Positions 18,321 through 27,627 of a stretch of DNA of 64,000 nt are shown here, piece by piece. Under the pieces are notes generated by a model. It was not told the DNA's origin and did not search any database. It saw only the letters and a list, made by a program, of their open reading frames with translations. This stretch comes from an uncultured Candidatus Binatia bacterium (lineage in GTDB: Bacteria; Desulfobacterota; Binatia; UBA9968; JAJDTQ01). The stretch covers positions 2,656,001 through 2,720,000 of the forward strand of contig OZ251459.1 of NCBI GenBank assembly GCA_965242525.1. The letters are read 5' to 3'. Every line of letters begins with the position of its first letter. The first letter of the stretch is position 1. The position numbers and the translations under genes are program-made.

Positions 18321-20552
18321 ATGAGCGCGGTCAAGGCTGACGAAAAGTTGGCGGAGACGCTCCGTTCCGACGAACGGAAGCGGCGCAGGCGCGAAGGGTG
18401 GGTGATTTTCGCCGCCACCCTGGTGATACTGCTGTTCGCCTACTCCGAGGTGTTCCTGCCGGGCCTGCCCGCGGACTACGGCTTCTTCGGCAACGCCGCG
18501 GTCTTCCTGCTGTTCAACCTCAACATCCTCCTGCTGGTGCTGGTGGTCTTCCTCGTGGCCCGGAACCTGCTGAAGCTGGTCCTGGACCGGCGGCGGCGGA
18601 TCCTGGGGTCCCGTATCCAGATCCGGCTCGTGCTGGCCTTCGTCTGCATCGCGCTGGCGCCCACCGTGACGCTGTTCGTGCTGGCCGAGAGCTTCGTGAC
18701 GCGGGCGGTGGACAAGTGGTTCGACTCGCAGATCGTCAACGCCCTCAGGAACTCCCTCGACATCACCGAGACCTACTACGAGAACTCGGCCGGCAACGCC
18801 CTTTTCTTCGCCCGGCAGATCAGCGGGCGCGTCGGCGGCGCGGAGCTACTGGACCCCGGCAAGCTCGACGAGTTGCAGCGCCTCGTCGAGGACAAGCAGA
18901 AGGAGTACGGCCTGGGCACTGTGGAGATCTACCGGCCGGACGGGGCCGCGGTGGTGAAGGCGTTCAACGACCAGGTGCCCACCGGGGTTACGGTGAGCCC
19001 CCAGGCGGACTTCCTCAAACGCGCGCTCCGGGGCCTGGAGGCCACCCGCGTCCAGCCCTTGGGCGAGGGCGACGTGCTGCGCGGCGCGGTGCCGGTGTAC
19101 GGCGAGGGCCGACGGATCATCGGGGTCGTGGCGGTGGACTACTTCGTGCCCCGGAGCATCAGCAGGAAGGCGCAGCAGGTATCCCGCTCGTACGAGGAGC
19201 ACAAGGATCTGGCGGTGCTCAAGGAACCGGTGAAGCGGACCTACATCACGACCCTGCTGCTCATCACCCTGACGATGATCTTTGCGGCCACCTGGTTCGG
19301 CCTCGCGCTGGCCAAGGGCATCACCGTGCCCATCCGCCAGCTCGCGGAAGGCACCCACGAAGTGGCCCAGGGCAACCTGGATCATCGTATCGAGGCCGGC
19401 GGAGACGACGAGTTCGGCGCGCTGGTGGCCTCCTTCAACCGCATGACCGAGGACCTCGAGCATACCCACTCCGAGTTGGACCGGCGGCGGCGCTACATGG
19501 AGACGCTGCTGGCCAACATCACCGCGGGGGTGGTCTCCGTGGACTGGTCCGGCCGCGTGAACATCGTCAACAAGGCGGCCGAGATGACGCTGGGGATCCG
19601 GGCGCCGGAGGTGCTCCACCGGCCCTACGACGAGGTGTTCCAGACCCCCAGGCTGCAACCCCTGCTCGACGTGGTCCGGGACGTGAGGGGGGGCGCCGGC
19701 GTGGAGCGCGACGTCCGCATCACGGGCAGGGACGGGAGCCTGACCCTCATGGTCGTCGCGGCGAGCCTCCAGGACGACGAAGGCAACACCCTCGGGGTCA
19801 TGGCGTTCATGGAGGACGTGACCGAGATCCAGAAGGTCCAACGCGTGGAGGCTTGGCGCGAGGCGGCTCGCCGCATCGCCCACGAGATCCGGAACCCGCT
19901 GACGCCCATCCAGCTTTCCGCCCAGCGGCTGCGCAAGCGCTACGGGAACCTGCCGGACGGGGACGGGGCGGTCCTCGACAAGTGCACTTCCACCATCATC
20001 CGGCAGGTGGAGGAGTTGAAGACCCTGGTGAACGAGTTCTCCAACTTCGCGCGGCTGCCCACGGCCCGGCTCGTCCCGGACGACCTCAACGCGGTGGTCC
20101 GGGAAGCGCTGGTGCTGTTCCGGGAAGGGCGCCGGGAGGTGGAGTTCGACTTTTCCGAGGACGCGGCGATTCCGCCCGTGGAGCTGGACCGCGACCAGAT
20201 CAAGCGCACCCTGTTCAACCTGCTGGACAACGCGGTGGCCTCCCTCGACGGCGCCGGACGGGTCGAGGTCGCCACGCGGTTCGACGAGGCCTTCGACATG
20301 GTGCGGCTGGAGGTGGCGGACGAGGGCGGGGGCATCGCCCGGGAAGACCGGGGCCGGATCTTCGAACCCTACTACTCGAGCAAGGAGGACGGCACCGGAC
20401 TCGGCCTGTCCATCGTCGGGACCATCGTGGCCGACCACCGAGGATACATCCGCGTGCGCGAGAACCAGCCCCGGGGCACGCGCTTCATCATCGAGCTTCC
20501 CGCGGCAACGCCCGGGGCCGCCGTGGAGGCGAGGGCCAGCAAGGCGTCGTGA
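18321..20552 (+). CDS. ntrY: NtrY-like membrane sensor histidine kinase (TM-periplasmic-HAMP-PAS-HisKA-HATPase)
   Basis: Several N-terminal TM helices, WFD, HAMP (DEFGALVASFNRM), AWREAARRIAHEIRNPLTPIQLSAQRL, GTGLGL. Confidence 0.85.
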   Translation: MSAVKADEKLAETLRSDERKRRRREGWVIFAATLVILLFAYSEVFLPGLPADYGFFGNAAVFLLFNLNILLLVLVVFLVARNLLKLVLDRRRRILGSRIQIRLVLAFVCIALAPTVTLFVLAESFVTRAVDKWFDSQIVNALRNSLDITETYYENSAGNALFFARQISGRVGGAELLDPGKLDELQRLVEDKQKEYGLGTVEIYRPDGAAVVKAFNDQVPTGVTVSPQADFLKRALRGLEATRVQPLGEGDVLRGAVPVYGEGRRIIGVVAVDYFVPRSISRKAQQVSRSYEEHKDLAVLKEPVKRTYITTLLLITLTMIFAATWFGLALAKGITVPIRQLAEGTHEVAQGNLDHRIEAGGDDEFGALVASFNRMTEDLEHTHSELDRRRRYMETLLANITAGVVSVDWSGRVNIVNKAAEMTLGIRAPEVLHRPYDEVFQTPRLQPLLDVVRDVRGGAGVERDVRITGRDGSLTLMVVAASLQDDEGNTLGVMAFMEDVTEIQKVQRVEAWREAARRIAHEIRNPLTPIQLSAQRLRKRYGNLPDGDGAVLDKCTSTIIRQVEELKTLVNEFSNFARLPTARLVPDDLNAVVREALVLFREGRREVEFDFSEDAAIPPVELDRDQIKRTLFNLLDNAVASLDGAGRVEVATRFDEAFDMVRLEVADEGGGIAREDRGRIFEPYYSSKEDGTGLGLSIVGTIVADHRGYIRVRENQPRGTRFIIELPAATPGAAVEARASKAS

Positions 20553-20587
20553 CCGGCGCCGGACGATAAGAACCACGGGGGGACGCC

Positions 20588-21931
20588 ATGCAGTCGGAGC
20601 AGAAAACGGTGCTGGTGGTGGACGACGAGGACGGCATCCGCGAGACCGTGCGCGAGATCCTGGCCGACGAGGGTTACCGCGTGGTCGCCGCTCCCGATGC
20701 GAGGGAGGTCCCGGACTTGGTGGCCGCAGAGGCCCCGGACGTGATCCTCCTGGACGTGTGGATGCCGGAGCTGGACGGCATCACGCTCCTCAGGCGCATC
20801 CGGCGGGAGCGTCCGGAGGCCCGGGTCATCATGATTTCCGGTCACGGGAGCATCCACACCGCGGTGGCCGCAACCCGGCTGGGAGCTTTCGACTTCATCG
20901 AGAAACCGTTTTCCCTGGACGGGTTGCTGGCCGCGGTCGAGCGGGCTTGCGGCGACCCCAGGCGGCGCGAGGACCCCGCGGCGGTGGAGGACCTGCAGGC
21001 TCGTCGGCTCCGGGCGGCGGGGCCGTCCGGCCCGGGGGAGGGCGGCCGCGGCGCGCCCCAGAAGACCATCGGGAAGAGCGTGGTGGCGTGCGGCCTGGGG
21101 CTGCATTCCGGCGTCAGCACGGGCGTCATCCTGCATCCGTTGCCGGAGGACAGCGGCATCCAGTTCGGCGGCATCTCCACGGACGCCACCGTGCCGGCGC
21201 ACCTGGACTGCGTGCGCTCCACCGAGTTCGCCACCTCGCTGCAACGGGGCGGGGTGGTGGTAGGCACCGTGGAGCACCTGCTGGCCGCCCTCCACGCCTA
21301 TGGCATCACCAACCTGCTCATCAAGATGTACGGCGAGATCCCCATCATGGACGGTTCCGCCATCGAGTTCTGCCGGTTGATCGAGGAGGCCGGGGTGGAG
21401 GAGCAGCGCGGGGAATGCCCGGAGATCGTCATCGACCGGACCTTTCGCGTGCGCGGGGACGGCCCGGAAGAGATCGTCGTCGAACCCGCGGACCGCTTCA
21501 CCGTCCACTACGAGTTGCAGTACCCGAGCCCGGTGGGGACCCAGGAACACACCTACGTCCACTACGGGGCGGACTCGTTCCGCGACGAGATCGCCCCCGC
21601 CCGGACCTTCGGTTTCCTGCGGGACTTCGGGAAGCTCGAGGGCATGGGCCTGATCAAGGGGGGCCGGCTGGGCAACTGCATCCTCGTGGACGACGAGAAG
21701 GTGGTCAACACTTCGCTCCGGTTCGAGGACGAGTTCGCGCGTCACAAGATCCTGGACATCGTGGGGGACTTCTCGCTCATCGGCCGCCCCGTGCGCGGCC
21801 GCGTGACCGCCCGGATGACCGGCCACGCGGACAACATCGCGCTCTTGCGGCAGGTGGCCGAGGCCTTCGGTTCCCCGGAACCCCGTTCCGCTTCGGCGGC
21901 TCGTCCGTCCGCGGATACGCTGTCCCCTTGA
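20588..21931 (+). CDS. lpxC: NtrX-type receiver domain fused to UDP-3-O-acyl-GlcNAc deacetylase LpxC
   Basis: REC: VVDDE, LLDVWMP, ISGHG, FIEKPF. LpxC: QKTI, GLGLHSG, TVEHLLAAL, EIPIMDGSA, EIAPARTFGF, RHKILD, GH. Confidence 0.93.
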   Translation: MQSEQKTVLVVDDEDGIRETVREILADEGYRVVAAPDAREVPDLVAAEAPDVILLDVWMPELDGITLLRRIRRERPEARVIMISGHGSIHTAVAATRLGAFDFIEKPFSLDGLLAAVERACGDPRRREDPAAVEDLQARRLRAAGPSGPGEGGRGAPQKTIGKSVVACGLGLHSGVSTGVILHPLPEDSGIQFGGISTDATVPAHLDCVRSTEFATSLQRGGVVVGTVEHLLAALHAYGITNLLIKMYGEIPIMDGSAIEFCRLIEEAGVEEQRGECPEIVIDRTFRVRGDGPEEIVVEPADRFTVHYELQYPSPVGTQEHTYVHYGADSFRDEIAPARTFGFLRDFGKLEGMGLIKGGRLGNCILVDDEKVVNTSLRFEDEFARHKILDIVGDFSLIGRPVRGRVTARMTGHADNIALLRQVAEAFGSPEPRSASAARPSADTLSP

Positions 21932-21948
21932 CGGGGTCGGCTCGTCCC

Positions 21949-22347
21949 CTATTCGAACCCGAGCAGGCGCGCGTAGGTTTGCGGCAGGGGGATGAGCTTG
22001 CGGTCGCGGCCGAGGCAGGCGTGTTTGGTCCAGCCCGTTGCGATGGCGGCGCGGTCCGCTTCCCGACCGATCCGGTAGTGGAACTTCAGCGCCACGCGGT
22101 TCAGCGATTCGACCGTGGTCTCGATCCGCAGCAGGTCGTCGTAGCGGGCCGGCCTGCGGTAACGGCATTGCGCCTCGGTGACCGGGAAGAAGACGCCGTC
22201 TTCCTCGGCTCGCCGGTAGGGTATGCCGGCTTCGCGCATGAGCTCGGTCCTGCCGACCTCGAACCAGCGAAGGTAGTGGGCGTAGTAGGCCACTCCCATC
22301 TGGTCCGTGTCGCCGTAGATGACGCGGTAGGCGGTGACGTTCTTCAC
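21949..22347 (-). CDS. YbgC/FadM family acyl-CoA thioesterase
   Basis: RVIYGDTDQMGVAYYAHYLRWFEVGRTE, PARYDD; start codon uncertain (GTG 22347). Confidence 0.88.
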   Translation of the reverse strand: MKNVTAYRVIYGDTDQMGVAYYAHYLRWFEVGRTELMREAGIPYRRAEEDGVFFPVTEAQCRYRRPARYDDLLRIETTVESLNRVALKFHYRIGREADRAAIATGWTKHACLGRDRKLIPLPQTYARLLGFE

Positions 22348-22384
22348 GTGCGGAGGAGGCTCTCCCCGCGGGTCCCGGCGGCGT

Positions 22385-23308
22385 TCAGTGGTCCGCTTTC
22401 CCGCCCCGCGGGCCGGGTTGGTTGAAGTCCCAGCGGTCACGGCTGGCCACCCGGACTTCCATCGAGCCGTCGCCCCGGAGGACATGGAAGTTGACCGGGT
22501 CTCCGGCTTGCTTCTTCCAGAGCTCCCGGTAGAGCTGGGGCCGGGTCTGCACCTCCCGGTCCTCGACCGTGAGGATGATGTCCCCCTGCCTGAGGCCGGC
22601 CTCTTCCGCGGGTCCCGAGGGCGTGACCCCGGTCACCACCACGTGGCCTTCCACCCCCTGGGGATGGAAGCCGAGCCAGGGTCGCGGCGGCCGGCTGCGG
22701 ACCCGCCCGAACCGTTTCAGTTCGTCCGCGTCCCGGAGGTAGTACTCCACCGGGATGGCCAGTGTGAACTTGGCGATCTCGTTCAGGTTCAGGGACACCA
22801 CGCCCAGGAGACGGCCCCGGGAGTCGGCCAGCGTGCCGCCGCCGAAGCCCGGGTTGAACGCGCTCAGCCGGATGGAGCGTTCGAGCAGGTACTCCCACTG
22901 GGCGTCGTAGCCTTCCAGGGAGGTGACGCAGCCATCGCTGACCCGTCGAGCCTGCTGGCCCCCGCTGGCGACCATGAACGCGGGTTGGCCGACGTTGACG
23001 GACTCCGCCGGCCGCAGGAACGGCAGGCCCCCGGCGTCGATCCTGACCAGGGCGAGGCCGGTGTCGAAGTCCTGCGCGGCCAGCCGGCCCGGGCGCCGTT
23101 TCCCGTCCGAGAGCGTCACGGTGATGGACTCGGCCCCGTTGACCACGTAGTTGACGGTCAGGATGACGCCGGTGGGATCGACGATGGTCCCGGAGCCCAT
23201 CCTCTCGGAGCCCAGGTTCCGCGCGGAAGGATGGCTCGACGGCACCCTCACGTCGAGGTCCACCGTGGCCGGCAGCACCGAATGTACCAGACCCAACCGT
23301 GCGTTCAC
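22385..23308 (-). CDS. S1C (HtrA-like) trypsin-fold + PDZ protein, probably catalytically inactive
   Basis: GSGTIVD, LTVNYVV, FNPGFGGG, RPWLG, GPAEEAGLRQGDII; GTG 23308 with GGGAGG RBS. Confidence 0.85.
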   Translation of the reverse strand: MNARLGLVHSVLPATVDLDVRVPSSHPSARNLGSERMGSGTIVDPTGVILTVNYVVNGAESITVTLSDGKRRPGRLAAQDFDTGLALVRIDAGGLPFLRPAESVNVGQPAFMVASGGQQARRVSDGCVTSLEGYDAQWEYLLERSIRLSAFNPGFGGGTLADSRGRLLGVVSLNLNEIAKFTLAIPVEYYLRDADELKRFGRVRSRPPRPWLGFHPQGVEGHVVVTGVTPSGPAEEAGLRQGDIILTVEDREVQTRPQLYRELWKKQAGDPVNFHVLRGDGSMEVRVASRDRWDFNQPGPRGGKADH

Positions 23309-23321
23309 GCGCAACCTCCCA

Positions 23322-23499
23322 CTTTCCCGCAGGGAGAGGGAATTCAAGCCGGAATCGCCCGGAGTTCCACGAGGAAACCCTGAACGATGGAGCCGTGGAC
23401 GGGGGATTCCCTCACGCGGCCCTCCCGTCCCCGTTCGTCCTGAGCGTAGCGAAGCGGAGTCGAAGGACGCGCCCTTCCTCCGGGATCTTTCAAGGTTCC
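23322..23499. repeat. MITE/REP copy with partial second end
   Basis: GGAAACCCTGAACGA at 23373, REP core 23430-23470, end GGTTCC at 23499. Confidence 0.8.
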
Positions 23500-23677
23500 C
23501 TTAACAGAATCGGCGTGGGTCCACAAGGTTCCGCACTCCGGGGTCCGGGTCCGCGGGGCTTCGGGCCGTTTGGCGGGGCCGGCGGCAAGTAGCCGGAACA
23601 ACGGGGCTTTCGTCGTGCCCGGCGTTTGACAAAGAGGCCGGCCGGCGGGTATGAAGACCGTTTCGACGGGGGTTGCC

Positions 23678-24196
23678 TTGAGGATTGCATTGGCCCGGAT
23701 CGACGCCGTACCCAGGGAAAGCCGTTTCTCCGAGACCCTGGACTTGGCCCGGGATGACGTTTCGGCAGGGGTGCGCTTTCCCTCGCCCATACAGGTGAAC
23801 GTGAGCTGCTACCGGTCGGGCCGGGAGATCTTCTTCCGCGGCGGACTCAGGGGCGAAGCGGAGGGGGATTGCAGCCGTTGCCTGGAGAGCTTCCCGTTGG
23901 TCATCGAAAAAAGTTTCGACTTCGTGTTGACCCCGGACCCCCTTCCGACTAATAGAAACATGGAGCTCACCGCGGACGAGATGGGTTTGAGCTTCTACTC
24001 CGGCGAGGACATCGACCTTTCGCCCTATGTCCGCGAGCAGGCGTTGCTTGCCTTGCCCCTGCGGCCGCTGTGCAGCGAAAGCTGCCGCGGACTTTGCCCC
24101 GACTGCGGCGCCGAGTTGAACCGGGATCCCTGCGGGTGCACGCCGCCCGGGGACCCCCGTATGGCGGTTTTTCGCAACCTCCGGTTGGACCGGTAG
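23678..24196 (+). CDS. yceD: YceD/DUF177 family protein
   Basis: CSRCL, IDLSPYVREQALLALP, LCSESCRGLCPDCG, DPR; upstream of rpmF; TTG start chosen because ATG 23651 overlaps a TTGACA..TATGAA promoter-like element. Confidence 0.9.
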   Translation: MRIALARIDAVPRESRFSETLDLARDDVSAGVRFPSPIQVNVSCYRSGREIFFRGGLRGEAEGDCSRCLESFPLVIEKSFDFVLTPDPLPTNRNMELTADEMGLSFYSGEDIDLSPYVREQALLALPLRPLCSESCRGLCPDCGAELNRDPCGCTPPGDPRMAVFRNLRLDR

Positions 24197-24243
24197 CGCC
24201 GGCGGGCGCCGGAAACGACGAACAGGCAGGACGGATACCAGAC

Positions 24244-24426
24244 ATGCCCGTACCCAAGAGACGAACCTCCCCCAGCAAGCGAAACAAGCGCCGGTCCCAT
24301 GACGCCATTGCCGCGCCGCAGTGGATCACGTGCCCTCGTTGCGAGGAAGCGGTCCTGAGGCACAGGGTCTGCGCCAAGTGCGGCCACTACAGGTCCCGTT
24401 CCGTGACTCCCGGCGAAGAAACCTGA
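24244..24426 (+). CDS. rpmF: 50S ribosomal protein L32
   Basis: MPVPKRRTS..RRSHD, CPRC, HRVCAKCGHY. Confidence 0.97.
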   Translation: MPVPKRRTSPSKRNKRRSHDAIAAPQWITCPRCEEAVLRHRVCAKCGHYRSRSVTPGEET

Positions 24427-24445
24427 AGCCGCCTGTTGCCTGGTG

Positions 24446-25474
24446 ATGCGGCGGGTTATCGTTGACGGGATGGGCGGTGACCACGGCCCGGGTGTCGTCG
24501 TAGCGGGGGCGCTGCAAGCTGCGAAGGAATACGGGGTGGAGGTCACCCTGGTGAGCGAATCGGGCGCGGTGGAATCCGAGTTGTCGCGCCATTCGTTCGA
24601 CCCGTCGTCCGTGCGCGTCCTGTCCGCGGCCGCCTCCATCGGCATGCACGACTCGCCGAGCCGTGCGCTGAAGCGCAAGGACTCCTCCATGCGGGTCGCC
24701 TTCGACCGCCTGAAGGCGGGTGAAGGCGACGCGGTGGTGAGCGCCGGGAACTCCGGGGCGATGATGGCCATCGGCATGTTCGTGCTGGGACGGTTGCCCG
24801 GGGTGGACCGGCCCGCCATCCTGACGGTCAGCCCCTCCCTTTCCGGCGGCACGGTCCTCCTGGACGGGGGGGCCAATACCGACTGCAAGCCGCGGCAGTT
24901 GGCGCAGTTCGCACGGATGGGCGCCATCTACGCGGAGAAGATCCTCGGAGTCCCGCGGCCCCGGGTGGGCATCCTGAGCAACGGCGAGGAGGACGAGAAG
25001 GGCAACGACCTCACGCGGGAGGCGGTCCGCGAGTTGCGGGCCACGGAGTTGAACTTCGCGGGCCACGTGGAGGGCCGGGACATTGCCAACGGCCGAGTTG
25101 ACGTGGTGGTCTGCGACGGCTTCACCGGCAACGTGGCGTTGAAGACCATGGAGGGACTCGGACAGTTCGTCTCCTCGGTCCTGAAGGAGGCGTTCCGCAG
25201 CAGCCTGCTCAGCCGGCTGGGGTTCCTGTTGTGCCGGCGGGCGGTGCGGCGCGCCTACGACCGCCTCGATTATGCGCACTACGGCGGCGCGCCCCTGATC
25301 GGCCTGGACGGCGTCGCCATCGTGGCCCACGGCGGCTCGTCCGCCAAGGCCATCAAGAACGCCGTGCGGGTGGCGGCCGAAGCCGTCTCCCAGGACATCA
25401 ACGGCTACATCGTGAACGCGTTGGAGCGTGCGCCGGAGCCTCGCGAGCGGACGGATGGCTCCGGTCACGCCTGA
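24446..25474 (+). CDS. plsX: Phosphate acyltransferase PlsX
   Basis: VDGMGGDHGP, KDSSM, SAGNSGA, DRPAI, LLDGGAN, VCDGFTGN, YGGAPLIG. Confidence 0.97.
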   Translation: MRRVIVDGMGGDHGPGVVVAGALQAAKEYGVEVTLVSESGAVESELSRHSFDPSSVRVLSAAASIGMHDSPSRALKRKDSSMRVAFDRLKAGEGDAVVSAGNSGAMMAIGMFVLGRLPGVDRPAILTVSPSLSGGTVLLDGGANTDCKPRQLAQFARMGAIYAEKILGVPRPRVGILSNGEEDEKGNDLTREAVRELRATELNFAGHVEGRDIANGRVDVVVCDGFTGNVALKTMEGLGQFVSSVLKEAFRSSLLSRLGFLLCRRAVRRAYDRLDYAHYGGAPLIGLDGVAIVAHGGSSAKAIKNAVRVAAEAVSQDINGYIVNALERAPEPRERTDGSGHA

Positions 25475-25483
25475 GTGGGGCTG

Positions 25484-26431
25484 ATGGCGGACCCGGGACG
25501 TATCGCGTTCGTCTTTCCCGGGCAGGGATCCCAGTACGTGGGCATGGGGAAGGCCCTGTGCGAGGGGTTCCCGGAGGCGAGGGCGGTCTTCGACGAGGCG
25601 GAGGACGCCCTGCGGATGGACCTCCGCAAGGTGTGCTTCGACGGTCCCGAGGCCGACCTGAACCGCACCGCTTGCACCCAACCCGCGATCCTCGCCGTGT
25701 CCGTGGCCGCGCTCCGGGTGCTCGAAGGACGTTGCCGGGCCAGGCCCTCGTGGGCGGCGGGACACAGCCTCGGCGAATACAGCGCCTTGGTGTGCGCGGG
25801 TGCGCTCCGGTTGGCGGACGCGGCGGCGGTGGTCCGGGAGCGGGGGCGGCTGATGCAGGAAGCCGTGCCCGAGGGCGCAGGGGGCATGGCGGCGGTCCTC
25901 GGTTTGGAAGCGTCGGTGGTGCGGGAGGTTTGCGAGCAGGCGGGGGGCGGGGAGGTGGTGGCTCCCGCCAACTTCAACGGCGGCGGGCAGGTGGTGGTTT
26001 CCGGCGCTCGCGAAGCGGTGCGGCGGGCGGCGCAACTGGCCCGGGACCGGGGCGCGCGGAAGGTGGTGGACCTCCCGGTGAGCGCTCCGTTCCACTGCGC
26101 GCTCATGGAGCCCGCGTCGGAGGGGTTGCGGGAGGTGCTGGAGGGAGTCGAGGTGCGGCCCTTCCGGGTGGGCGTCGTCACCAACGTGGAGGCGGCTTCG
26201 AACTCCGACCCGGAGCGTGTCAAACCCCTTCTGGTGGAGCAGGTGGCGGCCCCGGTCCGATGGGAGGAGTCGGTGGAGACCTTGGCCGGGCTGGGCTGCG
26301 AGTGCGCCGTGGAGCTGGGTCCGGGGAGGGTGTTGTCCGGGCTCATCCGGCGCATCGACCGGAGGATGAAGACCCTCCACATGGAACGGCCCGAGGACCT
26401 GGAAGGGGTGCTCGCGGAGTTGGGGGGCTGA
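25484..26431 (+). CDS. fabD: Malonyl-CoA:ACP transacylase
   Basis: FPGQGSQ, TQPAI, GHSLGEY, VSAPFHC. Confidence 0.97.
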   Translation: MADPGRIAFVFPGQGSQYVGMGKALCEGFPEARAVFDEAEDALRMDLRKVCFDGPEADLNRTACTQPAILAVSVAALRVLEGRCRARPSWAAGHSLGEYSALVCAGALRLADAAAVVRERGRLMQEAVPEGAGGMAAVLGLEASVVREVCEQAGGGEVVAPANFNGGGQVVVSGAREAVRRAAQLARDRGARKVVDLPVSAPFHCALMEPASEGLREVLEGVEVRPFRVGVVTNVEAASNSDPERVKPLLVEQVAAPVRWEESVETLAGLGCECAVELGPGRVLSGLIRRIDRRMKTLHMERPEDLEGVLAELGG

Positions 26432-26434
26432 ACC

Positions 26435-27187
26435 GTGGCCGCGGGACCGCTGGCGGACAGGGTGGCCCTGGTCACGGGGGGCAGCAGGGGCATCGGGCGC
26501 GACCTCGCCCTGTGCCTGGCCCGCATGGGCGCCCGTGTGGTGGTCAACTACCGGGAGAACCGGGAGGCGGCCGAGGAGGTAGCCGAGCAGGTCCGGCGGG
26601 AGGACGGCGCCGCGGAGACGGCGCCCTTCGACGTGGCGCGCCAGGACCGGGTGGACCAGGCGGTCAAGGACATCGTTGACCGGCATGGAAAAATTGATAT
26701 TCTGGTCAACAATGCGGGGGTCGCGGTGGACGGCCTGCTGTTGCGCCAGAAGGCCGCCGATTGGGAAAGGATCATCGACGTCAATCTCAGGGGTGTCTTC
26801 CACTGCACCCGGGCGGCCAGCAGGAACATGGTTCGGCGGCGGTACGGCCGCATCGTCAACTTGGCCTCGGTGGCCGGACAGATGGGGAACGTGGGCCAGT
26901 CCATATACGCGGCGTCCAAGGCGGGCATCGTGGGGTTCACCAAGTCCATGGCCCGGGAGCTCGCCCCGCGCGGGATCACCGTCAACGCGGTTGCTCCCGG
27001 TTTCATCGAAACGGAGATGACCGCGGTCCTGGACGAGGACACGCGGAGCCGGTATCTCGACGCGATTCCCCTGGGCCGGTTCGGCAGCGGCGGCGACGTG
27101 GCCCTGACGGTGGCGTTTCTGGCAGGCCCCGGAGGGCAGTACATTACCGGACAGACCATCGGCGTCAACGGCGGCCTGTACATGTGA
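26435..27187 (+). CDS. fabG: 3-oxoacyl-ACP reductase
   Basis: [33 protein letters not shown]. Confidence 0.95.
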   Translation: MAAGPLADRVALVTGGSRGIGRDLALCLARMGARVVVNYRENREAAEEVAEQVRREDGAAETAPFDVARQDRVDQAVKDIVDRHGKIDILVNNAGVAVDGLLLRQKAADWERIIDVNLRGVFHCTRAASRNMVRRRYGRIVNLASVAGQMGNVGQSIYAASKAGIVGFTKSMARELAPRGITVNAVAPGFIETEMTAVLDEDTRSRYLDAIPLGRFGSGGDVALTVAFLAGPGGQYITGQTIGVNGGLYM

Positions 27188-27389
27188 CCCCGCCGCGGGA
27201 GCCGTGTTTCGAGCGGCTCTTCCGGCTTTTATGTATGTGGCAGGGTCCTGTGTGGGCAGGGTCTCACGGCATGGCGTCCCCTCCAGCTCAGGAGGGGATC
27301 GGAGTTTCCCGCCATGCCGAACCGAGGACGACGTGGTCGGAACGGGAGGGATTCGGAATCGGGCAGTGGTACGGAACAGGAGGTGCAAT

Positions 27390-27626
27390 ATGGCAACGGA
27401 CGTCGAGGCGAGGGTCAAGCAGATCATCAGCGAGCAATTGGGAGTGAGCGACGCGGAAGTCAGCCCCGAGGCTTCCTTCGTCGAAGACCTGGGAGCCGAT
27501 TCGCTGGACATCGTCGAGCTGGTGATGGCGTTGGAGGAAGAATACGAGATGGAGATCTCCGACGAGGACGCCGAGAAGATCAAGACGGTGCAGGACGTCA
27601 TCGAATACATCGAAAGCCACCGATAG
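27390..27626 (+). CDS. acpP: Acyl carrier protein
   Basis: [18 protein letters not shown]; AGGAGG RBS. Confidence 0.98.
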   Translation: MATDVEARVKQIISEQLGVSDAEVSPEASFVEDLGADSLDIVELVMALEEEYEMEISDEDAEKIKTVQDVIEYIESHR

Positions 27627-27627
27627 G

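Noticed and set aside
23344-23790. Small ORFs translating MITE sequence (SPFVLSVAKRSRRT, LRFATLRTNG) here and elsewhere
   Set aside because: They are translations of the repeat, not independent genes.
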